Part shown: positions 1-8,022 of the stretch, piece by piece
Position numbering within the stretch: position 1 is the stretch's first letter
Layout: every line of letters starts with the position of its first letter
From: Promethearchaeota archaeon
Lineage (GTDB): Archaea > Asgardarchaeota > Lokiarchaeia > Sigyniarchaeales > SOKP01
Reading direction: 5' to 3'
Length of the DNA: 61,210 bases
Assembly: GCA_048938855.1 (NCBI GenBank)
Contig: JBHLLT010000017.1
Location: forward strand, 1 to 61,210
Translations under genes and position numbers: made by a program
The notes under the pieces: generated by a model
What the model was told of the DNA's origin: nothing
The model's database searches: none
The model's input: only the letters and a program-made list of their open reading frames with translations

Positions 1-110
1 TTAGTATCACATAAACAAGTGATTTCAATATCATCGCGATCAAGATATCCTAGAATATTTAAATCAAAAATTACCCCGCATCCAATAATCCCTACTTTAA
101 ATTTTTCCAA
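1..110 (-). CDS. Gfo/Idh/MocA family oxidoreductase, N-terminal fragment (runs off window edge)
   Basis: Manual translation from TTG at 110 gives MEKFKVGIIGCGVIFDLNILGYLDRDDIEITCLCDT, with the Rossmann KVGIIGCG motif. Not in the ORF track. Confidence 0.8.
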   Translation of the reverse strand, partial: MEKFKVGIIGCGVIFDLNILGYLDRDDIEITCLCDT

Positions 111-200
111 ACTAAATATCACTTTAATTGATTTAAAGGGCCGAATTTTCCTTAAAATACAATTTTTAAAATACAAATAAAAAAAAAAGATTTTGTAATT

Positions 201-671
201 TTACTCAGACAGATTGCTATTTTCTGAAGTATTCTTTTTTATTTTATATTGACCAGAAGGATATAGATTTGTAATTTCGCGCGGATTAGTATCGTATCCA
301 TTTTTTTCCATGATAGGATAGAGTTTTTTTGTATTTTGTTCAACACTTAATTCCATAACATCCCAAGCGAGAAGAATATAGGAAAAAGCCGTAAAAAATG
401 GGATGCTAAAAACCATTACTACCGTTATAAGAATTCCAAAGAAGAGACCAAGAAAATTTGATCCCTTTCCAAAAAATCCAGAAAAATCTACTCGTCCTAG
501 AAATGAAATAAATATGAGCAAAGCAGAAAGTCCTGCGATTCTTTTTACAGTAGACTGTGCCCAAATACTTATGGGTTCAATATCCTCAGGTTGCTAATTT
601 TTTTTGTTATCCCGATAATAAACAATCCTAGCATCATCAAGTATCACTTCTAGAACAGAGCTAGTTTGCAA
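201..671 (-). pseudogene. Truncated membrane-protein pseudogene, paralogue of 14801..15673
   Basis: The frame of the 201..521 ORF continues upstream as VILDDARIVYYRDNKKN*QPEDIEPISIWAQSTVKRIAGLSALLIF, with an in-frame TAG at 594-596. It aligns by eye to WFLLDGGIIYTNKEK...PFEVKSVGGWYLFIMKGYAGISVII of 14801..15673. The N-terminal half is absent. Confidence 0.6.
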
Positions 672-757
672 GAAATTTTGATATTTATGTAAAAATTTAT
701 TAAATAACAAAACAACATTTGGCTTACTTTATAATAAAAATTGAAGAGGGAAATCAA

Positions 758-2854
758 ATGAAAAAAAGTATTTCAAAAACAGTAGATGTTTTAATACCAC
801 TATTGGCAATTATAGTTGGGGGATTACTCTACGCAATTGAGTACACTCAAGTGTCAAATTTAACTACTGATACATTGATGGCAAATGGAGAATTTGGTCC
901 AGGTCCATTGCCTTCTTGGGCTGATGATGCTGATGTTAAATTAGGCTGGGATTTTATTGACCCTTTTAATCCAGAGAGTGCTAATCCTCTTCTGGGATGG
1001 GATATAGCAATCGGGGACACCCCTTTATGGTCTTATGACGCAAATCGTGAATTGGGAGCAGATCCAGCACAGTGGTATATCCAAATAGATAATTTATACG
1101 AAAATATCCAATATAAACACTTCTGGCTCTGCTGGAATTATGAATGGGATGCTTATGGTGTAGGAGTTCGATCCGCAACGAATCTTTATTGGTATCCTGA
1201 TTCTGATTATCAAAACTTTCAGTATCAAGAGCAATTGTATGATGCCTACGGTAATCCAACTACAAATCATGAACTAGGTGTTTTAGCTCAAGGAATTATG
1301 AGTGTTGATATCTTATCAAATCCAGAATATGAGGAGATATATCTTGGCCTATTTAATGGTAATAAAAAAGTATTAGAGGTATACATCATGGCTCAGTGTG
1401 TTGAACGACCGATAATTGAACCCGAGGTGATCGGTCCTGGGACGTTACCTGATTGGCATCTTGATGCTCAGGTTCAACTGGGTTGGATTTTTGATGATCC
1501 CACTAATCCCCAAGATACAGATCTCCTTCCAGAATGGAGTCAATCTATCGGCGATATCCCTGAATGGTCTTATGACGCAAATCGTGAATATGATGGAGCT
1601 CCAGCACAGTGGTACATCCGAATCCCCAATCTAATTAACAATCAAACATCTAAAAAAGTCTGGATTAGTTTAGTATACGAATATGATTCTTCTATTACAG
1701 AACCTCATTATGCAATAAACATTGAATGGAATCCTAACTATGGTATGGATAATCCCATGGCAGTAGAGGAATTATTTGATAGCGAAGGCAATCCTACAAC
1801 AAACACCTCTGAGGCTGTTTATGGAAGAGTGACGGGGGGCCTTGACCTATACCCAAATCCTGAATATGAAGACATCTGGCTTGGTATATACGGAGACTCT
1901 AAGAACGCTCTGGAGGTATATCTTAAAACTTGGTGTACTGATGAACCTGTAGAACCTGTAATAATCGGTCCTGGGACATTACCTGATTGGCATCTTGATG
2001 CTCAGGTTCAACTGGGTTGGATTTTTGATGATCCCACTAATCCCCAAGATACAGATCTCCTTCCAGAATGGAGTCAATCTATCGGCGATATCCCTGAATG
2101 GTCTTATGACGCAAATCGTGAATATAATGGAGCTCCAGCACAGTGGTACATCCGAATCCCCAATCTAATTAACAACCAAACATCTAAAAAAGTCTGGATT
2201 AGTTGGGTATATGAATATGATTCTTCTATTGCAGAAACTCAATATGCAACAAACATTGAATGGTATCCTAACACTGGTATGGATAATCCCATGGGAATGG
2301 ATGAATTATTTGATAGTGAAGGAAATCCTACAACAGATACCTCTGAAGCCGTTTATGGAAGAGTGACGGGGGCCCTTGACCTATATCCAAATCCTGAATA
2401 TGAAGACGTCTGGCTTGGTTTATTGGGAGAGAATAAGAATGTTCTGGAGGTATATATCAAGACGCTATGTATTGAAGAAATAGAACCTGAGCCTGAAACT
2501 GAAATTGATATATCAATAGATACCTGGCTAAGTTTTATCGCTAATGAAAACACTGAACTTAAGCAAGTAATTAAGGTGATTAGTAGTTCTACAGAAATTA
2601 AACTTGTTATAGATATTAAACAGGAAGGTAATGGGATTCCTGGATGCGATTTGAGAATAAGTATAAGTGGTAGCGTAGCGAATACCGACATTTCGATAAA
2701 TATTGATCAGTATGACGGAACCACTAGTGTTAAAGTCAGTTTAGATGTCACTCTGGTTGGTATTTTAAATAATATTGCGGTTTCTGTAGATATTAGTCAA
2801 AGTGGTAGCTTCACGGATTTCGTGCTCGATACCGACATTAATATAGGTACATAA
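758..2854 (+). CDS. Secreted/surface protein with N-terminal TM or signal segment, three ~178-aa tandem domains and a beta-rich C-terminal region
   Basis: ATG 758 follows GAGGG. Hydrophobic LIPLLAIIVGGLLYAI segment. Repeated GPG.LP.W...WSYDANRE...PAQWYI.I.NL...NPEYE.I.LG motif. Acidic and Trp/Tyr-rich. Confidence 0.85.
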   Translation: MKKSISKTVDVLIPLLAIIVGGLLYAIEYTQVSNLTTDTLMANGEFGPGPLPSWADDADVKLGWDFIDPFNPESANPLLGWDIAIGDTPLWSYDANRELGADPAQWYIQIDNLYENIQYKHFWLCWNYEWDAYGVGVRSATNLYWYPDSDYQNFQYQEQLYDAYGNPTTNHELGVLAQGIMSVDILSNPEYEEIYLGLFNGNKKVLEVYIMAQCVERPIIEPEVIGPGTLPDWHLDAQVQLGWIFDDPTNPQDTDLLPEWSQSIGDIPEWSYDANREYDGAPAQWYIRIPNLINNQTSKKVWISLVYEYDSSITEPHYAINIEWNPNYGMDNPMAVEELFDSEGNPTTNTSEAVYGRVTGGLDLYPNPEYEDIWLGIYGDSKNALEVYLKTWCTDEPVEPVIIGPGTLPDWHLDAQVQLGWIFDDPTNPQDTDLLPEWSQSIGDIPEWSYDANREYNGAPAQWYIRIPNLINNQTSKKVWISWVYEYDSSIAETQYATNIEWYPNTGMDNPMGMDELFDSEGNPTTDTSEAVYGRVTGALDLYPNPEYEDVWLGLLGENKNVLEVYIKTLCIEEIEPEPETEIDISIDTWLSFIANENTELKQVIKVISSSTEIKLVIDIKQEGNGIPGCDLRISISGSVANTDISINIDQYDGTTSVKVSLDVTLVGILNNIAVSVDISQSGSFTDFVLDTDINIGT
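893..2480 (+). repeat. Three intragenic tandem repeats (period 537 then 534 nt)
   Basis: tcggtcctgggac.ttacctgattggcatcttgatgctcagg... occurs at 1431 and 1965 and is near-identical for hundreds of nt. A more diverged first copy starts near 893. Confidence 0.95.
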
Positions 2855-2911
2855 AGCAGATTGATTTGCAAGTGTTCCTTTTGTGAAGTTAAAATTTACA
2901 GCTCTAAAAAC

Positions 2912-2960
2912 ATGGGAGTAATTGTTATATTAATATTAGCTATTCTCCCCATTTTTTTTT
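2912..2960 (+). terminator. Hairpin plus T-run terminator
   Basis: atgggagtaattgttatatt / aatattagctattctccccat imperfect stem followed by T9, downstream of 758..2854. Confidence 0.55.
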
Positions 2961-3480
2961 ATTTCTTTATTTTTAATTAACAAGAAGAATTCTTCCTAAA
3001 TACCATTTATGGCTGTATTTCAATTTCTTAGCTTCTTAATATGAACAAAAGCATATATTACAATAATCTACTAGTTAAGAAACTTTTTTGTAGTTGATTT
3101 TCTTAATTATGAGCTCATAAATATTGGTAAATTAATTCTACTACTTCTTCGATGACTCTTAATGTAATTATTTCAGGGACATTATGAGCAAAGATAGTAA
3201 TTTTCCTGATAATCCCCCAAATTTTATCCATATGTGTTAGTATAGCAATAATATTTTTAACAAATTGTGGTTATTCAGCAAATTTAACAAAGTAATTACT
3301 TAATCAATCAGCTTTGACATTGATATCTTTTACATTTATAAATTTCTCTAGTTCCTCCTTAAATAATTCACCATGAGCTTGTTCTAGACCTGATGGATAA
3401 AAATTAGTCAAATAATTTTATTTTTTGTTAAAGAATATGCTTAGAAACAATTTAAATAAGAAAAAAAAATATAATTAATT

Positions 3481-3552
3481 GGGGTACTTTAGAGTTAGAT
3501 TTTAAACCATCACGCCCTGTGAAGCATAAATTTCTTATTTCTAAAGTGCTCC
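3481..3552. other. Long imperfect stem-loop downstream of the Hsp20 gene
   Basis: ggggtactttagag (3481) pairs with ttctaaagtgctcc (3539-3552), using G-U pairs on the + strand. Inner tcac-gccct-gtga stem. Confidence 0.5.
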
Positions 3553-3575
3553 ACTTTTATTTATTGTAATTGTTA

Positions 3576-4061
3576 TTAGTTTTCACTAATATCAATATTT
3601 TTTGCTGGTTTTTTATTCATTGTGATTTTTAAGAGACCATTTGCCATCTTTGAAACTAGAGTATCTGTGTCTGCGTCGACAGGCAAAGGAATATCCATAT
3701 TTACATCAATAAATGTAAAACCTTTCCTGAAAAATGGTGGACAGAATTCTTGAGTAGTTTCTTTTTCTTCTGGTTTTTCTTTTATTTGATCTCTTTCGGG
3801 AATCTTAGGTTTGTCTGCTTTAATGTTTAGATTTGTATTAATCAATGATACTTTAACATCCTCTTTTGTCCGACCTGCTAATGGGACTGTAATCAAATAA
3901 GAATCTCCTAAGTCCTCAACATTAAATGGAATATAACTTCCTAAAAATCCATGCATGAAATGCCTAGCCATCCGTCTCATTTTAGCAATGTCCTGAGGGC
4001 TAAAGTTGAAACAACCAGCAAATCCTTTATTTCCATGTTCATGATGTCTTTCATTACACAT
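3576..4061 (-). CDS. Hsp20/alpha-crystallin small heat-shock protein
   Basis: PFNVEDLGDSYLITVPLAG.TKEDVKVSL, LPVDAD, MANGLLKITM and a C-terminal IDI (IxI) motif. Confidence 0.9.
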   Translation of the reverse strand: MCNERHHEHGNKGFAGCFNFSPQDIAKMRRMARHFMHGFLGSYIPFNVEDLGDSYLITVPLAGRTKEDVKVSLINTNLNIKADKPKIPERDQIKEKPEEKETTQEFCPPFFRKGFTFIDVNMDIPLPVDADTDTLVSKMANGLLKITMNKKPAKNIDISEN

Positions 4062-4105
4062 TAGATTTTCCTCCTTGGTTTTTTATTAATTTATATTGGA
4101 AAAAG

Positions 4106-4756
4106 TTAAAAACGTTCATATTCATCATCATCTACTATTGGGATTGATTTAGTGTTTTCTTCTCTCTGTTTCTTTAAGTTTTTCAAGATATTTTCATATG
4201 TTCCAATTTCATTATTAATTTCTTCTAGTCTTGCTGCAATTCTCTCTTTACTAAACCTTAAATCTTGAATAATTCTCTCAATCCTATTAATATTTTTTAA
4301 AGAGAAATCTTCATGATCTATATCTCTATGAATTGGTCCACAATGATATGGGAAGCAAGACATCACCCCCCTTATGCCTTTTTCTTGAGGCAACCAAGCA
4401 TTAACTATTGTCCGGATATAATCTCCGAGTGTATTCATACTTGTTTCAAAATTATCCTTTAAAACTTCTTTTAATCTCTCAACACCTTGACTTGTTATTC
4501 TGTAAACCTTTTTTTGACGATTGTTTTCATCAATATATTCTTCTGATTCAACAAAACCTTTTTCATCTAATCTATTTAGAAGGGGATATATTGTTCCAGG
4601 AGAAGCCCTCCACATAGGTTTAAATTTTTTATTGATTTCTTGGCTTATTTCATATCCAGAAATTCCCTCTCGATTTCTAATAATTGAAAGTACAAGAATA
4701 TCTAACCCTGAAAAAGGTTCACCGTGGTGACCACTAAATCTCTTGCCAAAGAACAT
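4106..4756 (-). CDS. PadR family transcriptional regulator with C-terminal coiled coil
   Basis: SGYEI...SPGTIYPLLNRL...G...KKVYRITSQG winged-helix signature. Confidence 0.92.
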   Translation of the reverse strand: MFFGKRFSGHHGEPFSGLDILVLSIIRNREGISGYEISQEINKKFKPMWRASPGTIYPLLNRLDEKGFVESEEYIDENNRQKKVYRITSQGVERLKEVLKDNFETSMNTLGDYIRTIVNAWLPQEKGIRGVMSCFPYHCGPIHRDIDHEDFSLKNINRIERIIQDLRFSKERIAARLEEINNEIGTYENILKNLKKQREENTKSIPIVDDDEYERF

Positions 4757-4774
4757 TTTTTATACTTCACCAAT

Positions 4775-4846
4775 ATATTCGATTTTTGATATTACTTATT
4801 ACATTAAAATAAACACACCTATTTAAATATATCGGAGATCGAACAT
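4775..4846. promoter_or_regulatory. Inverted pair of 18-bp operator-like boxes flanking the padR TATA box
   Basis: The reverse complement of 4775-4792 (atatcaaaaatcgaatat) matches 4829-4846 (atatcggagatcgaacat) at 14/18 positions. tatttaaata lies between them. Confidence 0.5.
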
Positions 4847-5046
4847 TTAATAAGATGGCTATAAGGGCTTTATATGATAAATATTCATACCATAAATATA
4901 GATTCATCAATTTTAACCATTCAATCCTAATGAAGGTTTACAATAAACCACTCTAATATATTGATTCTTTAAAATAATCAATTATTCGATACTAAATAAT
5001 AGATTTCATAACCTTAATATCTTGTTCTTAAATTTTTAATAACATA

Positions 5047-5829
5047 ATGCCAATTGTAGGAATTGATGCTAAGAAATGTAATTTCTGTAAAGCCTGTGTT
5101 AAAGAATGCCCATTAGATAATTTTAGTGCTCTTAAAGAAGAAAGACAAATTACTTTTAATTCATCGAAAGATTGTATTTTATGTGGACATTGTATTGTTG
5201 TATGTCCAAAAAAAGCAATTATATATAAAGATATGAATGAGAATGTTATTGACTTTGAAGCGAAAATTCCTTCCATCTCAACACTAGCGCTGAATAAATT
5301 AATGCTTTCAAAAAGATCAGTTAGACAATATAAAAATAAAAATGTACCAAAAGAAATAATTGAAAAAATCATAAAATCTATGAGTATCGCTCCAGTAGCT
5401 ATGAATAAACGTTCTTTAAAATGTATAGTTATTTCAGGTAATAAAAAAATCAATACATTGATTGATTCAATTATAGATTCAATTGAAGAAGTAGAAGACC
5501 GAGAAGAATATAAAGTAAAGAGAGAAAAGGGATTTGATCCTTTCTTTTTTAAAGCCCCCCATATTCTAATACTCCACTCAAATAATCATTGGGATACTAT
5601 AAATGGGACTATCGCAATTACATATGGCATGTTATATGCTGAAACTCTAGGTATAGGGTCTTGCTGGATTGGGGGTATTCAGATGTTTCTTAATGAAAAA
5701 AAAGAAATAAAAGAAAAATTGTTAGGTATCAAGGACAAAATTTGCGGTTTTATGATTTTTGGGTACCCTTCAGTGAAGTATTACAGAGCTCCCCCACGTC
5801 CTCCACTAGCAACTACCTTTGTCACTTGA
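5047..5829 (+). CDS. Nitroreductase family protein with N-terminal 2x[4Fe-4S] ferredoxin domain
   Basis: CNFCKACVKECP and CILCGHCIVVCP; KRSVRQY; LGIGSCWIG; FGYP. Confidence 0.92.
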   Translation: MPIVGIDAKKCNFCKACVKECPLDNFSALKEERQITFNSSKDCILCGHCIVVCPKKAIIYKDMNENVIDFEAKIPSISTLALNKLMLSKRSVRQYKNKNVPKEIIEKIIKSMSIAPVAMNKRSLKCIVISGNKKINTLIDSIIDSIEEVEDREEYKVKREKGFDPFFFKAPHILILHSNNHWDTINGTIAITYGMLYAETLGIGSCWIGGIQMFLNEKKEIKEKLLGIKDKICGFMIFGYPSVKYYRAPPRPPLATTFVT

Positions 5830-6005
5830 AATCCTCCTTAATATGTTAGGATGTTGCGGAAAATAGATAGGAAAAGAACTTTTTTGCATTTTTTGTTTAA
5901 ATGGTGTTAGAATTCTTTTTATCTTCCACCATATAGAAAAAAAAAATCACACATTTAAAATTATCTTGGTAATTCTTTAAAGGAGCATTTTGTTTTATAT
6001 TAGTA

Positions 6006-6806
6006 ATGGGTTATAAAAAGAAATTACATAATATTAAAGGGATTTTAACAGATATCGATGGTACTCTTTATTTTAAAGGAAAAATAATTCCTAATTCTGT
6101 TGAAACTATATCTAAACTTCGAGAAGCAGGTATTAAACTTCTTTTTCTTACAAATACAGATAGTAAATCTCCATATACAGTAATAAAAACGTTGGAAGAA
6201 TATGGATTTACTATAAACAAAGATGAAATCTTCACTCCTATTATTGCTGTGAGAGAATTTCTAAATAAACACCCGAATAAGACGTCTTATTTTGTTACTA
6301 CAAAAGAAGTTGCAGAAGAACTACGAGAATTTCAGCAAGTAAAAAATTTTGCAATACCCGATTTTGTAATAATAGGAGATTTTCATGATGATTGGAATAT
6401 TAACCGTTTAAATTTAGCATTCAAATATGTTCTTAAAGGAGCGACGTTACTTGGAACTCAAGGAAATATTTATTATCTTGACCGAAGTGGAGAACCAGTA
6501 ATAGATACCGGCTCATTTGTAAATATGATTGCCAATGCTGCTAATGTCACTCCAATAATATTGGGAAAACCTTCAAGAGAATTTTTTCAACAAGCTTTAG
6601 AAAAATTAAGCCTTAATGCAAATGAGGTTCTAGTTATAGGCGATGATCTGGAATCTGATATTCAAGGAGCCATTAATGCAGGAATTAGGGGAATTCTGGT
6701 TAAAACAGGGAAAGGACAATTTGTAAATTCAACAAATTTAGGGTATAAACCACATTTAATTCTTGATTCATTTAGTTCATTGAAAGAAGTTGTTAAATTA
6801 AGATGA
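6006..6806 (+). CDS. HAD superfamily subfamily IIA hydrolase (NagD/LHPP/HDHD2-like)
   Basis: DIDGTL, LTNT, GKP, IGDDLESDIQGA, GILVKTGK motifs. Confidence 0.9.
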   Translation: MGYKKKLHNIKGILTDIDGTLYFKGKIIPNSVETISKLREAGIKLLFLTNTDSKSPYTVIKTLEEYGFTINKDEIFTPIIAVREFLNKHPNKTSYFVTTKEVAEELREFQQVKNFAIPDFVIIGDFHDDWNINRLNLAFKYVLKGATLLGTQGNIYYLDRSGEPVIDTGSFVNMIANAANVTPIILGKPSREFFQQALEKLSLNANEVLVIGDDLESDIQGAINAGIRGILVKTGKGQFVNSTNLGYKPHLILDSFSSLKEVVKLR

Positions 6807-7017
6807 TCTTAACATATATACCTCTTTACTTGAGAATCAAACTTATTTAATCGAACTAACATATTCATTTTTGAATTAAATTATATGAAAGATAAAGGGA
6901 CCAATTTTTATTTTTCTATTTCCTATCAGAGTGGTTTTAATTAACAAAAAGATTTATATATTCTATTTACGTATTTCTCATAAAAATTTATCTAAAAATA
7001 AAACGGATGTTTAACCC

Positions 7018-8019
7018 ATGGCATTAAAAGAATATTTCGTGAAAGATCTAATAATTGACGACGAATATGGAATTATTGATTCAAATGCAACTATTCAAGA
7101 CGCAGCGCAAAAAATGAAAGAATTAGGTGTCCCTGATTTAGTCGTTGTTGGGGGAGAAAAACAAGAAGTTCTAGGTGTAATTGCAGATTTTGATATTGTA
7201 CAAAATATAGTCGCAGAAGGAAAAGATGTCAAAACTGAAAAAGTTATTTCTGCAATGTATAGAATACAACCTGTTAATTTAGATACAACTGTTTCAGAAG
7301 CATTCAAGAGAATGCAAGATCTCAACGTAAATGTAGTTCCTGTAATAGATAACAACAAGCTTTTAGGAGTCTGCTCCATTCATGACTGCTGGAGTTTTAT
7401 ACCAGATCAAACTGTTGATGAGATTGGGCTGATACCTGTTAGAAATGCAAAAGTAGCTGAATTTTGGTTTGCTAGTTTTTGTGCAATAGTAGCCTTTACT
7501 TTTGGGGTGCTTTTACCTCTCTCTGGAATCTTTGGTTTTTTTACAGGCTATTACAGTGATCTTATGAGCTTACTTGGAATGGGACCAATAGTTGGAGATC
7601 CTATATTGCATTTTACTTTATTTGATGTAAGAGGTACTGGAGTTATGCAACCTTTCCTGAATTTGAATGATCCAATTTGGATCACTATAGATGTATTTAG
7701 TGTTTTTCTATTAATTTCAGGGATAATAGCACTATTTTCGATAATCTATACAAGTTTTTCAGATACAAGAAAGTTGCAAACAAGTTGGATTTTGAAAACA
7801 GTAGTACCCGGATTAGCTGTTTTTTTTATGGCTTTTGAATGGATTTTATTTGGTATTGCATTTGCACTTGAAACACCCCAACCTCTTATTTCTATAGATC
7901 CCATCGGATTAACCTTGTCTATTATATCAATGGTATTATTACTTTTAGCGGTTTGTAGAGATTATGTATTCCGAGGAATTGAAGTGTCTGAAGTTAAAGA
8001 CAGTGAGGTGTCAAAATAA
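7018..8019 (+). CDS. CBS-pair domain protein with about four C-terminal TM helices
   Basis: Two CBS motifs (ATIQDAAQKM...LGVIADFDIV; TVSEAFKRM...VPVID..KLLGVCS) followed by hydrophobic segments. Confidence 0.85.
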   Translation: MALKEYFVKDLIIDDEYGIIDSNATIQDAAQKMKELGVPDLVVVGGEKQEVLGVIADFDIVQNIVAEGKDVKTEKVISAMYRIQPVNLDTTVSEAFKRMQDLNVNVVPVIDNNKLLGVCSIHDCWSFIPDQTVDEIGLIPVRNAKVAEFWFASFCAIVAFTFGVLLPLSGIFGFFTGYYSDLMSLLGMGPIVGDPILHFTLFDVRGTGVMQPFLNLNDPIWITIDVFSVFLLISGIIALFSIIYTSFSDTRKLQTSWILKTVVPGLAVFFMAFEWILFGIAFALETPQPLISIDPIGLTLSIISMVLLLLAVCRDYVFRGIEVSEVKDSEVSK

Positions 8020-8022
8020 AAA

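Noticed and set aside
403-597. 64-aa + strand ORF
   Set aside because: It is antisense to the membrane-protein remnant and has no recognisable motifs.
893-2480. Long direct repeats as a CRISPR array, DGR template or mobile element
   Set aside because: They are in-frame coding domain repeats. There are no spacers, cas genes, reverse transcriptase or transposase, and the differences are not adenine-specific.
3481-3552. SECIS element
   Set aside because: The neighbouring intact genes have no in-frame TGA, and I could not identify the AUGA/GA core with an apical AA.
5850-5935. Possible hairpin or small ORF between the nitroreductase and HAD genes
   Set aside because: Pairing is mostly A/T and imperfect, and all frames close quickly.
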